A stretch of 64,000 nt of DNA, taken from IMG/VR virus record IMGVR_UViG_3300020122_000238, positions 1 to 64,000 of that record, one strand, 5' to 3'. Position numbers and translations under genes: made by a program. Position 1 is the stretch's first letter; each line of letters opens with the position of its first letter. Positions 10,117 to 19,619 of the stretch are shown here, one piece after another. The notes below the pieces were generated by a model. The model did not search any database. It had not been told where the DNA came from and saw only the letters and a program-made list of their open reading frames with translations.

Positions 10117-11429
10117 CGACTGCGACGACCACGAAAGACAAGAAGGCCAAGGCTCCTGTTTCCTCTGCATCGGCAGTGGCGACCCTTGCCAGGGCCATGA
10201 TCCTCAAGACCACCAAGCAGCGGCCGATGACGGCCCAGCAAACGACTCTACCTCACGTTCCTTCGGGTTCGGTCATTCTCGACACGAGCATCGGGGGTTC
10301 GCGAACGGCAGATGGGAAGGGCTTCGTTTGCCCCGGTTACCCCCGGCGTCGCATCACGGAAATCTACGGTCCGGAGTCGAGTGGCAAGACGACGGTGGCT
10401 CTCACGGCCATCGCGAACGTCCAGAAGAATGGGGGGACGGCGATGTTTCTGGACTTCGAGCACGCCCTTCACCACGGCTACGCGAAGCAGATTGGGGTCC
10501 AGTTCGAAGACCTCCTTCTCTACGCTCCCGACACGATGGAAGATGGCTTCAAGATGATTCTTGTCGGCATCATGGCTGGCGTGGATATCATCGTCGTCGA
10601 CTCGGTCGCCTCGATGGTTCCTGCTCTGGAGTTGGAGAAGAAGATCGAGGACACCGCCAAGATCGGTGCGGTGGCGAAGAAGATGAGTGAGACCCTACCC
10701 AAGCTTGTCTTGTGGCTTGCCAAGTACCCGACGAAGGGGGCAGGGGAGAGCAAGATCTCTGACCCCGAGCGTCTCGGGACGGCCCTTATCCTGCTCAACC
10801 AGGAGCGAGCCACCATCAGCACGGGTGGTGGTCATGGTGCTCCTGAAGCCAACACGGCTGGAGGAAAGGCTCTCAAGTACTTCGCCTACGTTCGGCTGCG
10901 TCTCGCTCGGATTCTCTCCGAGCGTGTCGAGCGGAAGGACCCCGCCACGGGGAAGATCAAGAAGTATCCCTTTGGCAACCTCACCTCCGTGAAGGTCATC
11001 AAGGCAAAGGCCGACGCAAAGCAGGGACACGAAGCTACGATCTTCATTCGCTACGGCTTCGGGATCGACGACCTCTACAGCATCATCATGGCGGCTGAGG
11101 CCAACGGGATCATCAAGCGTGAGGGCTCGAAGTACACCTGTGCAGGCGAGTCCTTCATGGGGAAGGACAAGCTGCGCGCACACTTGATCGCCAACCCCAA
11201 GCTCGCAGCGGAGATCAAGGGGAAGGTTGTCGAGGCCATCTCTTCGGCAATCCCGACGGCGATCCCGGACGAGGATATCTCGGATGAGGACGCGATGCAG
11301 GCGGACCTCAGTGGCGAGCTGGGGGACGACGATGATGATGCGTCTGGGGGTGGGACGCAGGAAATCACGATCGACACTGACGATCCGATCATGGAAGATT
11401 CGGCCGAGGACGAGTCCGGCGGCGAATGA
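10113..11429 (+). CDS. recA: RecA recombinase
   Basis: EIYGPESSGKTT, DFEHAL, VVDSVA, LLNQER, GGKALKYFA; acidic tail. Confidence 0.95.
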   Translation: MTTATTTKDKKAKAPVSSASAVATLARAMILKTTKQRPMTAQQTTLPHVPSGSVILDTSIGGSRTADGKGFVCPGYPRRRITEIYGPESSGKTTVALTAIANVQKNGGTAMFLDFEHALHHGYAKQIGVQFEDLLLYAPDTMEDGFKMILVGIMAGVDIIVVDSVASMVPALELEKKIEDTAKIGAVAKKMSETLPKLVLWLAKYPTKGAGESKISDPERLGTALILLNQERATISTGGGHGAPEANTAGGKALKYFAYVRLRLARILSERVERKDPATGKIKKYPFGNLTSVKVIKAKADAKQGHEATIFIRYGFGIDDLYSIIMAAEANGIIKREGSKYTCAGESFMGKDKLRAHLIANPKLAAEIKGKVVEAISSAIPTAIPDEDISDEDAMQADLSGELGDDDDDASGGGTQEITIDTDDPIMEDSAEDESGGE

Positions 11430-12649
11430 TCTCGGTCGAGGTCTGCAACTTTCAATCGATTGAGCGTGTTTCATTCCAGATTGACGGCTTCACAGCTCTT
11501 GTGGGCCGGTCGAACATCGGGAAGAGCGCGCTCATTCGAGCGATTCGTTGTGCTCTCACTGGAGCGCCCGTGGCGGCATTCGTCCGTCACGGGCGCTCTT
11601 GCGCCCGCAAGCTGAAGAAGCAGAAGACGTGCAAGTGCCATGTTTCTGTGCATCTCCAGTCTGTGGACTTCGATCTCCTTTGGGAGAAGGGCGATTCGAT
11701 CAATCGTTACGTCTTCAATGGAGCGGAGTATCCCGCCGCCGAACGAGGGATGCCGGACTTCCTGATTGCGACCTTCAACGAGGTCAAAGTGGGGGACAAG
11801 AACGTCCTCCTTCAGGTCTCCGATCAATTCAACCCCATCTTCCTTCTCGACCAATCCCCTGGTGTGGTCGCGGATGTCCTCTCGGACATGGCCAAGCTCG
11901 ATCAGGTCAATCTCGCCATGCGGATGGTCGAGAAGGACAGGAGGGAGGCTACGGCTACACGGAAGGTCAGGGAGAAGGACGTTATCGAGGCTACGGCCCA
12001 GCTTGCGTCGTATGACGGGCTCGACACAGCTCTTCGAGACGTCAAGACCGTCAAGACGAAGCTGGGGGTTGTCCAGGCGACTCAAGCCAAGGTCACACAG
12101 CTCGACTACTTCATTGACGGGCGAGCTGCTCTCGAATCGCGGGTGGCGAGTCTTGAGGGTGTGGTTGCTCAGGCACCCCCAAATCCAACGGAGCTACAGG
12201 AAGGTCAGAAGACCTTCTCTCTTCTCCAGAGGCTATGTCTCCAGAACGCCACCCGAAGGGCATCCCTGGCTTCTCTCGATGGGGTGAGCAAGATCGAGAT
12301 CCCGAGTGTGACGGATCTTCGGACCTTCGCGGAGGTCACCTTTCAGCTCCTCGAAGGGTGGATCACCCGCCTTCGAGGGTTCAAGGAGAGCATGGGTCGT
12401 CTCAAGGATGTAAAAACCCTTGAGATGCCTTCCCTTGCTTCGGTTCATGCCGCGCACAAAAAACACGAAAACCTGATCGACTTCGCGGGGGATTACGAGG
12501 TGACTCTTCGTAATATCGCCACTTTGGAACGGGGGTGCAGCCTCGTCTATCTGGAAGAAGAGGTCCTCAATCGGGAGTGGGCTGAGCTGGGTGTTTGTTC
12601 GACCTGTTCCCGTCCTTTTCATTCCGATTCTCATCTCGAACAGGTGTAG
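11426..12649 (+). CDS. sbcC: Rad50/SbcC-like ATPase, N-terminal half
   Basis: NFQS, Walker A GRSNIGKS, Q-loop-like SDQF, coiled coil, C-terminal CSTC zinc hook; no Walker B. Confidence 0.85.
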   Translation: MISVEVCNFQSIERVSFQIDGFTALVGRSNIGKSALIRAIRCALTGAPVAAFVRHGRSCARKLKKQKTCKCHVSVHLQSVDFDLLWEKGDSINRYVFNGAEYPAAERGMPDFLIATFNEVKVGDKNVLLQVSDQFNPIFLLDQSPGVVADVLSDMAKLDQVNLAMRMVEKDRREATATRKVREKDVIEATAQLASYDGLDTALRDVKTVKTKLGVVQATQAKVTQLDYFIDGRAALESRVASLEGVVAQAPPNPTELQEGQKTFSLLQRLCLQNATRRASLASLDGVSKIEIPSVTDLRTFAEVTFQLLEGWITRLRGFKESMGRLKDVKTLEMPSLASVHAAHKKHENLIDFAGDYEVTLRNIATLERGCSLVYLEEEVLNREWAELGVCSTCSRPFHSDSHLEQV

Positions 12650-12660
12650 AGTGAGTGTGG

Positions 12661-13641
12661 ATGCCTCGACTATCCTTCCTTTTTAGGACCGACACCCACG
12701 TAGCGGATCGGAGCCCCGCGTCTTGGAAAGCAGACTACCCGTCGGAGATTTGGTCGAATCTCGAACAAATCGGGCAATTCGCGAAGAAGTTCGAGGTGAC
12801 GGCTGTACTCGACGGGGGGGACTTCTTTCACGTCAAGGCCGCAAGTCGGAATCCACATGGCCTGGTTGAGCGAGCTGCTCGGATCCATCAGGCCTACCCA
12901 TGCCCTGTGTGGTCCGTCGAGGGGAATCACGACATTGCCTACAACAACCTGGACACCCTGGCGAAGCAACCTCTCGGTGTGCTCCTAGCAACGGGGGTCT
13001 TCCACCATCTTCGAGAGCAGGTCTTTGAGGATGGTGGGGTTCGAGTACGGGTGGTGGGGGTTCCCTACAGCCCCCATCGAACCGTGGCGGAGCTGAAGAG
13101 GATCAAGAAGAAGCCGGGGGACGACTTCCTCATCGCTGTCGTTCACGCCCTCGCAGCTCAGGAACCACCCCCCAACGTCGAGGGCTTCTTCGGTGAGCCT
13201 GTCTTCCGGTACGGCGACCTCGTGACCGAGGATGGCCCGGATTCTTGGTGCTTCGGGCACTGGCACAAGGACCAGGGGATCGTGACCGTGGGGGGCAAGC
13301 AGTTCGTCAACCAAGGGGCTGTGAGCCGAGGGGCTCTCGTTAGAGAGAACACCTTGAGGACCCCCCAGGTGTCTCACATCGTGATCGAAAACGGTGTGCT
13401 TCGGATCTGGCCTGTCCCGCTGATCGTTGCCCCGGCGGAGGATGTCTTTGACATCGAACGCAAGGAACGAGAAGAGGCCGAAGACACGGCGATCGATGCC
13501 TTTGCAGCTCGTATCAAGGCCGACGCGATGTTCGATCCCTCCTTGGGGATCGAAGAATCACTGAATAGTCTTGACTATGCCCGTGATGTGCGTGATCTCG
13601 CACAGGGCTACTTGGAACGAGCGCGGGCGGAGGTTGGCTGA
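12661..13641 (+). CDS. sbcD: Mre11/SbcD-like metallophosphoesterase nuclease
   Basis: DTH, GGDFF, GNHD, GHWH motifs; adjacent to sbcC. Confidence 0.88.
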   Translation: MPRLSFLFRTDTHVADRSPASWKADYPSEIWSNLEQIGQFAKKFEVTAVLDGGDFFHVKAASRNPHGLVERAARIHQAYPCPVWSVEGNHDIAYNNLDTLAKQPLGVLLATGVFHHLREQVFEDGGVRVRVVGVPYSPHRTVAELKRIKKKPGDDFLIAVVHALAAQEPPPNVEGFFGEPVFRYGDLVTEDGPDSWCFGHWHKDQGIVTVGGKQFVNQGAVSRGALVRENTLRTPQVSHIVIENGVLRIWPVPLIVAPAEDVFDIERKEREEAEDTAIDAFAARIKADAMFDPSLGIEESLNSLDYARDVRDLAQGYLERARAEVG

Positions 13642-14546
13642 TGTATCTGTCGTATTCTGGGTTCAAATCGTACGACTCCTGTCCCAAGGCGTACTGGTAT
13701 CGCTACGTGGGCAAGACACCTCTCTCCGAACCGGAGAACAAGGTCAACTCCATCTACGGCAGCACGGTGGGCCGGCTCTTCGAGCTGTTCTACGCCAACC
13801 AGATCTGGAAGCAGTCGAACACAATCGAGACTCTTTTGGGGATGGTCGAGCCCGAGCTAGACGACACCATTCAGAAAGAGCGCCGGAACGGGGTCATCGA
13901 CTACACGGACAAGAGGTCGAACTACGCATCTCGGGATGCCCTGGTTGCGGACATCCGAGCGGCTATTCCCCGAGGGATTGCCATCATCAGGCACCACCGG
14001 CTGATCGGTGCTGATGCAGCGGCGGAGGTCAAGTACGACACGATGATCGAGGGGCACACGATTGGGGGTCGTGCTGATTTCGTTCTTCGTAGGGTTGCCC
14101 CCCACCGGGACCGAGTTCTACTCGATGGGAAGGGATCCCGGCATCGGGAGAAATACGTCGATGATCGCCAGCTCGTGTGGTACGCGATGCTTCATCGAAT
14201 TCGTCATGGATCTCCCCCCGATCGTTTGGGGTTCGTCTTCTGGCGGTATGAACCGGAGGAGAGTCTGGATTGGATCAACTTCACCGCGGCGGACCTCGAC
14301 GGGCTCCTTGCCCATGTCCTCAGCACGGTGCGGAAGATTGATGGGGGTATCAACACCCTCATCTCGGGGAGCAAGGAAGTCCAGAAACAAGTGATGGGGG
14401 ATGTGTTCCAGGCTCAACCTGGACAGGGCAAGTGCAAGCTCTGCTCCTATCTCGCAATCTGCCCTGAAGGCCAGAGCTTCACAGCGAAACATCAGATCCC
14501 CGTCTACGCTGGAGAGGGTGTAGAAGACGTGGGCATCGGGGATTGA
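13641..14546 (+). CDS. PD-(D/E)xK Cas4/RecB-like exonuclease
   Basis: LSYS...CPK, GRAD, LDGK, QLxWY, C-terminal CxxC-x5-C (Fe-S-type Cys set). Confidence 0.85.
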   Translation: MYLSYSGFKSYDSCPKAYWYRYVGKTPLSEPENKVNSIYGSTVGRLFELFYANQIWKQSNTIETLLGMVEPELDDTIQKERRNGVIDYTDKRSNYASRDALVADIRAAIPRGIAIIRHHRLIGADAAAEVKYDTMIEGHTIGGRADFVLRRVAPHRDRVLLDGKGSRHREKYVDDRQLVWYAMLHRIRHGSPPDRLGFVFWRYEPEESLDWINFTAADLDGLLAHVLSTVRKIDGGINTLISGSKEVQKQVMGDVFQAQPGQGKCKLCSYLAICPEGQSFTAKHQIPVYAGEGVEDVGIGD

Positions 14547-14556
14547 AAGGACACGT

Positions 14557-14829
14557 ATGACTCCTGACGAGATCAAGAAGAAGATCGAGGACCTATCGAG
14601 GCGAACCGAAGTCGTCTCGAAGAAGAAGTCGCAGTACGAGGGGCAGCTCCAGAAGGTCAAGGAAGACCTCGCGGATCTGGTCACCGAGGTGAAGGCTGCG
14701 GGCTACGACCCCAAGACTCTCTCCGCCGAGAGGGACAAGGCGGAGGCAAGTCTCCTTCAGGAGATTGCCGAGTACGAGACCAAGTTGCTGGCCGTGGAGA
14801 CTTCCTTGGCCGGCTACGACAAGAAGTAA
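14557..14829 (+). CDS. Small coiled-coil protein
   Basis: 90 aa heptad-rich, AGGA RBS. Confidence 0.75.
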   Translation: MTPDEIKKKIEDLSRRTEVVSKKKSQYEGQLQKVKEDLADLVTEVKAAGYDPKTLSAERDKAEASLLQEIAEYETKLLAVETSLAGYDKK

Positions 14830-14851
14830 CGACTCCCAAAATGAGGATGGA

Positions 14852-16132
14852 ATGAAAATCACGCTCAAGCTCGCCGACCTGATCAAGGCCCTCGCCATCG
14901 TTTCGATCGTCCCCCCGCGTCCCCTGACCCCGGCGGGCGGGGCCGGCTACCTCTTCGTCATCCGAATGGGAGGCCTCTGCTCGATCTACTCCCGCGACGC
15001 TCTTCACGTTGCTCGCGCCACGATCTCCTGTGATGAGAAGGAGACCGAGGGGTCCTTCATCTTCCCCTCGGAGTTCACGAGTGGTTTCCGTTTCCTTCGG
15101 GATGACGACATCACGATCGAGTCCAAGGTGGACTCGGACAACTTCACGGTTTCCTGGAGCACGAACTCGGGAGCTGGGGCGGATCGCGCGAGCTTCGATC
15201 CGAAGCTCATGGCCTCGTGTGATCGGGATCTCGCCGGAGCCAAGGATGAACGCTCCTTCCCCGTGGGCCTATTCAAGGAGGCGATGACGCTGGCCAAGCC
15301 CTTCCTTGGGAAGGCCGACGACACGCGGATCCCGGAGCACTTCAAGACGCTCCAGCTCTTCGACAAGTCCAAGCCCGAGTGGGAGAAGGGTTCCGGGCAT
15401 CTCTTCGCTGCGAACACCTTCCAGGCGTTCTGGTTCTACAGCGCTGCCTTTGTCGACAAGGGGTTCTCGATCCACGTCCAGCACATGTCCTTCTTCACAA
15501 GCTTCCTCGCGAAGTCGGATGGAGAGGTGAAGCTCCTGACGGGCGACAACATGATCTTCGCCGTCGACTCCAAGGGGAACGCGCTCGGGTGGGCGAAGCA
15601 CGAGTCCGTTCACGGGAAGTTCTCCTACTACTCGAAGGCGATGGACAAGCTCATCCTCGGGCTCCCCAAGTCGCTGACGGTGGACGCGCTCCGCTTCATG
15701 CGCTCAGAGCTGGATTCCAAGGAAGACAAGATCACTCTGGTCGTCAACGAGTTCCGTGACGTCGAGGTGGGCGAGAAGGTGCAACGCCAAGCAACGATGC
15801 TCTTCCGAGTGGCCGAGACGAAGGGCAAGGCTCGGAGCTTCCCGCTCCCGGCTGTCGTCATCGACGGCTCCGAGGAGCAAGAGATCACCTTCAACGTCAA
15901 CATCGACCGGCTCATCGACCTCATCGACGGCGTGAAGGGCATGGACGTCCAGCTTCGGATCGCGGTCATCAAGGCCGACGACAAGTCCCCCAAGGAACGG
16001 GCCATGTTCCGCACTATCGACGAGTTCCTCATGGACGACAACGGCAAGGTGGTCGGGGACATCACGGCGGAAAACCGGCCGGAAGGGTCGCACGAGTGCC
16101 GCGTAACCAGGTACATGCCCTCGAAGGACTGA
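14852..16132 (+). CDS. dnaN: DNA polymerase sliding clamp (beta-clamp-like)
   Basis: N-terminus MKITLKLADLIKALAIV resembles DnaN; about 430 aa; ends RYMP; dnaX nearby. Confidence 0.6.
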   Translation: MKITLKLADLIKALAIVSIVPPRPLTPAGGAGYLFVIRMGGLCSIYSRDALHVARATISCDEKETEGSFIFPSEFTSGFRFLRDDDITIESKVDSDNFTVSWSTNSGAGADRASFDPKLMASCDRDLAGAKDERSFPVGLFKEAMTLAKPFLGKADDTRIPEHFKTLQLFDKSKPEWEKGSGHLFAANTFQAFWFYSAAFVDKGFSIHVQHMSFFTSFLAKSDGEVKLLTGDNMIFAVDSKGNALGWAKHESVHGKFSYYSKAMDKLILGLPKSLTVDALRFMRSELDSKEDKITLVVNEFRDVEVGEKVQRQATMLFRVAETKGKARSFPLPAVVIDGSEEQEITFNVNIDRLIDLIDGVKGMDVQLRIAVIKADDKSPKERAMFRTIDEFLMDDNGKVVGDITAENRPEGSHECRVTRYMPSKD

Positions 16133-16134
16133 CC

Positions 16135-16371
16135 ATGCTTGTACGACCTAAATTGTGGCTTGAGGCGGAACGCATTACGACTGCGAAACAAGCGTCAAAA
16201 GTCACGATTCTTCCCCAAGTCATTGGCCCGCGGGGTTGGTCTGGTTTTGTTGGGGACTGGATCATCACGGCTCCGAATGGGGATACTTTCATTCGCCCAG
16301 ATGCCACTTTTGCAAAGGACTACGAGGTCAAGCATTGGTGGGATTTGTTGACCAAGGTGTGGGGGTTCTAG
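16135..16371 (+). CDS. Small phage protein (GDWII...F..DYE family)
   Basis: Motif VGDWIITAPNGDTFIRPDATFAKDYE is typical of a common small phage protein family. Confidence 0.65.
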   Translation: MLVRPKLWLEAERITTAKQASKVTILPQVIGPRGWSGFVGDWIITAPNGDTFIRPDATFAKDYEVKHWWDLLTKVWGF

Positions 16372-16375
16372 AAGC

Positions 16376-17035
16376 ATGAAAGACTGGGCTGCGAGGACTG
16401 AAGCTCTCGCATTGAAAGCAGCTCGTCTCCAGGCCCTCCGCGATCAAAAGCGGGCGGATCTGGAGTCGAAAAGCGCGGAAGTGACGGCTCTCTCGGCCCA
16501 GATCGAGAAGCTCTTCAAGGTGGGGGAGCTTCTCCGCATCCTTTTGGACAAGCTCGTCACGGACAGGGTTCGGACCCTGGAGGCTCTTGTCTCTGAGGGT
16601 CTGAAGACCATCTTCTTCGATCAGAAGCTCTCGTTCGAGGCAGCGATCGGACAGGCTCGGAACAGGGTCTCCATCGACTTCTTCATTCGTCAGGGAGACG
16701 AAGAGGCCGGCGTTCGTGGGCATCCCCTTGATTCTTTTGGGGGTGGTCCTGCGAGTATCGTTTCCTTGATTCTCCGTCTCCTTCTACTCCTCCGCTTGAA
16801 GCGGTTCCCCGTGCTCCTACTCGACGAGACGCTTGCGGCAGTCTCGGATGAGTACGTGGATGCAGCCGGACGTTTCCTTCAACGTCTCGCGGAATCGACC
16901 AACATCGACATTTTGTTTGTCACCCATAAGCAAGCCTTCCTCGAACACGCGAACATCGCGTACCAAGGATCTGAAGAGCTGGGTGCGGATGAGACGACGT
17001 GGCTAGACATTCGCCGCCTTCGGAGTCATCGGTGA
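16376..17035 (+). CDS. Rad50/SbcC-like ATPase, C-terminal half
   Basis: Short coiled coil, signature SFGGG, Walker B/D-loop LLLDETLAAVS, H-loop FVTH; no Walker A. Confidence 0.85.
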   Translation: MKDWAARTEALALKAARLQALRDQKRADLESKSAEVTALSAQIEKLFKVGELLRILLDKLVTDRVRTLEALVSEGLKTIFFDQKLSFEAAIGQARNRVSIDFFIRQGDEEAGVRGHPLDSFGGGPASIVSLILRLLLLLRLKRFPVLLLDETLAAVSDEYVDAAGRFLQRLAESTNIDILFVTHKQAFLEHANIAYQGSEELGADETTWLDIRRLRSHR

Positions 17036-17589
17036 GAACGCAATCTGAAATCATCGGTCGCATTCGTTTCCTGCTTGTGAAGGAGCTGGAGGATCGTGTG
17101 ACGGCTGCCAGGGAGAGGTTGCCCCACCGCTGCATGTACAACTACAGGCAACCCCTCGATGTTCGTCGAACTATCGACGACGAGCCCAACCCGAACTACA
17201 ACCGAATCACGATGGGGTCTGGGCTTGGGGGGCGCCACCTTCCCGTCCTTCAGACCATCGGTCTCTGCATGTACGGGGTCGAGGACATCATCTCCGCCGA
17301 GATCCGGATCTGTGAGGATCCCTCGGATGCACAGCAGTGTCCCTTGTTCGAGCCCACCCTCAACAAGCACCAGTTGTGGACGGAGTACGCGGAACAGATC
17401 GATAGTCCTGATTGGTTGCGAGAGAACATGCCCGAGGTTCACGGCCTCGCGTGGGCCCTGGGAGATGGAATGCCTCGGATCCCTTGGTGGGCACGTCTGT
17501 GGTTCCGCCTGACTCAGATTCGACCGGAGCCCATTCGAATCCCTACCGATCTCGTGAAGTACCTCCCGGACCCCAGCTCCCTGCAATGA
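17032..17589 (+). CDS. Hypothetical Cys-containing protein
   Basis: GTGA and ATGA overlaps at both ends. Confidence 0.65.
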   Translation: MRTQSEIIGRIRFLLVKELEDRVTAARERLPHRCMYNYRQPLDVRRTIDDEPNPNYNRITMGSGLGGRHLPVLQTIGLCMYGVEDIISAEIRICEDPSDAQQCPLFEPTLNKHQLWTEYAEQIDSPDWLRENMPEVHGLAWALGDGMPRIPWWARLWFRLTQIRPEPIRIPTDLVKYLPDPSSLQ

Positions 17590-18185
17590 GCTTCTCAATC
17601 CTGGAGCAAGTGCTGGTTGTCGACCGGCATCGACAGAGGGCTTCAGGTAAGCAGGGGTTCTCTACCCCCTACCTGTGCACTGCGAAGGTGATCCCCAGCT
17701 CGGTCCCATTGGTGGTCACCAATGCCCGGGGTGGCTTTGTTGGCACAAGGCCTTCCAAGGATGGGGACGCGAGGTATGGCTTCTCCCTCCTCTCAGAGGA
17801 AGGCGATCCTGATGTGCTCGTCCTTGCACTCTATCGGGATGTCCGGGGTCTTTCGACTCAGGGCAACTGGGGGAATCGGTGTAGCTCGGTCCTCGTGGCC
17901 ATGGAGCGTCTCCGAAAATCAGGACTCGAACCGAAGTCCCTCATTCTCTCCTCGGCCCTCCTCAAGGAGGTCTGCGGGGAGAAGGCGGCGTCGGTGAAGG
18001 GTGGATTCGTGACGACCCTGGAGGGCGGTCTCCAGGTCTTCGTTGCAGCTCTTCCGGATGGAGCAGCTCTTGTGCTTCCTTCGCCTGAAAAACTAGGGTT
18101 CTACACGCGAGTGCGTGATTACGTGGGGGTCATGATTCGGCGAGCTGACCAGACGATCATGGTGGTCGGCCGTGACCTGGCTTGA
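17586..18185 (+). CDS. Hypothetical protein with a weak MCP-like C-terminus
   Basis: ATGA overlap; C-terminal half aligns by eye with the MCP at 45652. Confidence 0.55.
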   Translation: MSFSILEQVLVVDRHRQRASGKQGFSTPYLCTAKVIPSSVPLVVTNARGGFVGTRPSKDGDARYGFSLLSEEGDPDVLVLALYRDVRGLSTQGNWGNRCSSVLVAMERLRKSGLEPKSLILSSALLKEVCGEKAASVKGGFVTTLEGGLQVFVAALPDGAALVLPSPEKLGFYTRVRDYVGVMIRRADQTIMVVGRDLA

Positions 18186-18897
18186 CGATTTTGTCGTTGA
18201 ATCTGGAGCTGAACTACCCGACCGTGTCAGGGAATCCTTGTGGGGTCGGGGAGTTACAGACGAGCAGATCAAGCAATTTCAAATTGGGTACATCGACCGG
18301 GTTTTACCAGCGATCAACTACCCCCAAGACTTCGTGTCTTGGTCGGGGGATGGGGGGAAGCTTGACGACTGCTACGTTCTTCCGATTACGAACACCATCG
18401 GTGAGCTTCGAGGCCTCCAATTTCGGCACGTCGAGAGGGAGCGTGGGGGCTACATGGACTTCATTCTCGCTCAGGATGAAGCTGTGGGGTTCGGGCTCGC
18501 TCAGGCAATGCCTACAGTGTGGGAGTCTGGGGAGATCCTTCTGGTAGAAGGCGGGTTCGACCTTCTACCCCTCCAGCGGTTCCTTCCCGGGATTGCTTCA
18601 ACGCTGACTGCTCGGGTCACCGAGGGATTTGTTCGGATCCTACGACGTCTTGTACGCCGCGTGTGGATCGGATATGATATGGATTCGGCCGGAAATAGGG
18701 CGTACGACAGGTTTCGCCAACAGTACGGCCGGGAATTCGATGTTCGTCGGGTAGTTTACCCCCGGGTCACTATGGTCGGCGGTAAGCTGGTCAAGGATCC
18801 TGGAGACCTCTGGGAGGCCTGGGGAGATGCCCGACTTGGTGAGTACCTCCGATCTCATGTGAGGTCGGGTAGCCTGATGGAGTTTCCCTATGGGTAA
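18172..18897 (+). CDS. dnaG: DnaG-type primase (catalytic core/TOPRIM, no zinc-binding domain)
   Basis: RG...FQIGY, VLPI, LVEGGFD, GYDMDSAG, KDPGD. Confidence 0.8.
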   Translation: MTWLDDFVVESGAELPDRVRESLWGRGVTDEQIKQFQIGYIDRVLPAINYPQDFVSWSGDGGKLDDCYVLPITNTIGELRGLQFRHVERERGGYMDFILAQDEAVGFGLAQAMPTVWESGEILLVEGGFDLLPLQRFLPGIASTLTARVTEGFVRILRRLVRRVWIGYDMDSAGNRAYDRFRQQYGREFDVRRVVYPRVTMVGGKLVKDPGDLWEAWGDARLGEYLRSHVRSGSLMEFPYG

Positions 18898-19381
18898 GAT
18901 TTACAGTGTGAGTGAGACGGTCGCAACCATTGCGAAGAACCTGATCCCCGGGTATCACCCGGAGCTGGCCACCGCACGGCTAAAGTACGCCTTCGTGGAC
19001 AAGGGTTCGACGAAGTCTGGCCGTCCCGTCCTCGGCAAGGCACGGAAGCTATCGGGCATCTCGCAGTTCTTCATCGACTGCGACTTCATCATCGAGGTCG
19101 CCGAGGACACCTGGAACGAGCTGACGGAGAACAAGCGAACGGCTCTCATCGATCACCTCCTGGAGCACTGTACGGGGGAGGAAGACGACAAGACCGGGGA
19201 CATGGTCTGGGTTCTCCGTACGCCGGACGTCGAGGAGTTCACCTCGATTCTCCGTCGGCACGGTGCCTGGAACGAGACCCTCACGGCGTTCGCGAGCGTC
19301 GCCAAGGCTATCGAGATCGAAGACATGGTGGACGACATCGTGATGTCGTCCTCCGAAGGGGAGTCCGCTCCGGCGCACTGA
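18890..19381 (+). CDS. Phage putative metallopeptidase-family protein
   Basis: LGKA, DFIIE...W...ALIDHLLEHC, PDVEEF..I.RRHG pattern. Confidence 0.7.
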   Translation: MGKIYSVSETVATIAKNLIPGYHPELATARLKYAFVDKGSTKSGRPVLGKARKLSGISQFFIDCDFIIEVAEDTWNELTENKRTALIDHLLEHCTGEEDDKTGDMVWVLRTPDVEEFTSILRRHGAWNETLTAFASVAKAIEIEDMVDDIVMSSSEGESAPAH

Positions 19382-19387
19382 AAACCT

Positions 19388-19618
19388 GTGTGGGACACCA
19401 ACATCATGAACATCACCCGTGCCGGACGGAAGCTGCCGTCCGGCAGCTCTCTCTTGGCGCGAGCCCCTCATTTGACTCAGGAGTGGAGTCCTGAGAAGAA
19501 CCGAGGGATCCAGCCGGAAGACGTTCATGGTGGTTCCCCATTCGAGGTGCGGTGGGACTGTACGGACATTCCTGGTTGTTTTCGAGAATGTCTCCGTTCA
19601 ATCTCAAGGGAAGTCTAA
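19388..19618 (+). pseudogene. Truncated treble-clef/zinc-ribbon domain (homing-endonuclease remnant)
   Basis: SLL..P.L..EWSPEKN..I.P.DV..GS...V.W.C repeat unit, then the frame degenerates. Confidence 0.6.
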
Positions 19619-19619
19619 C

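Noticed and set aside
13641-14546. Cas4-like gene as part of a CRISPR-Cas system
   Set aside because: No repeat-spacer array or other cas genes were seen; solo Cas4-like nucleases are common in phage replication modules.
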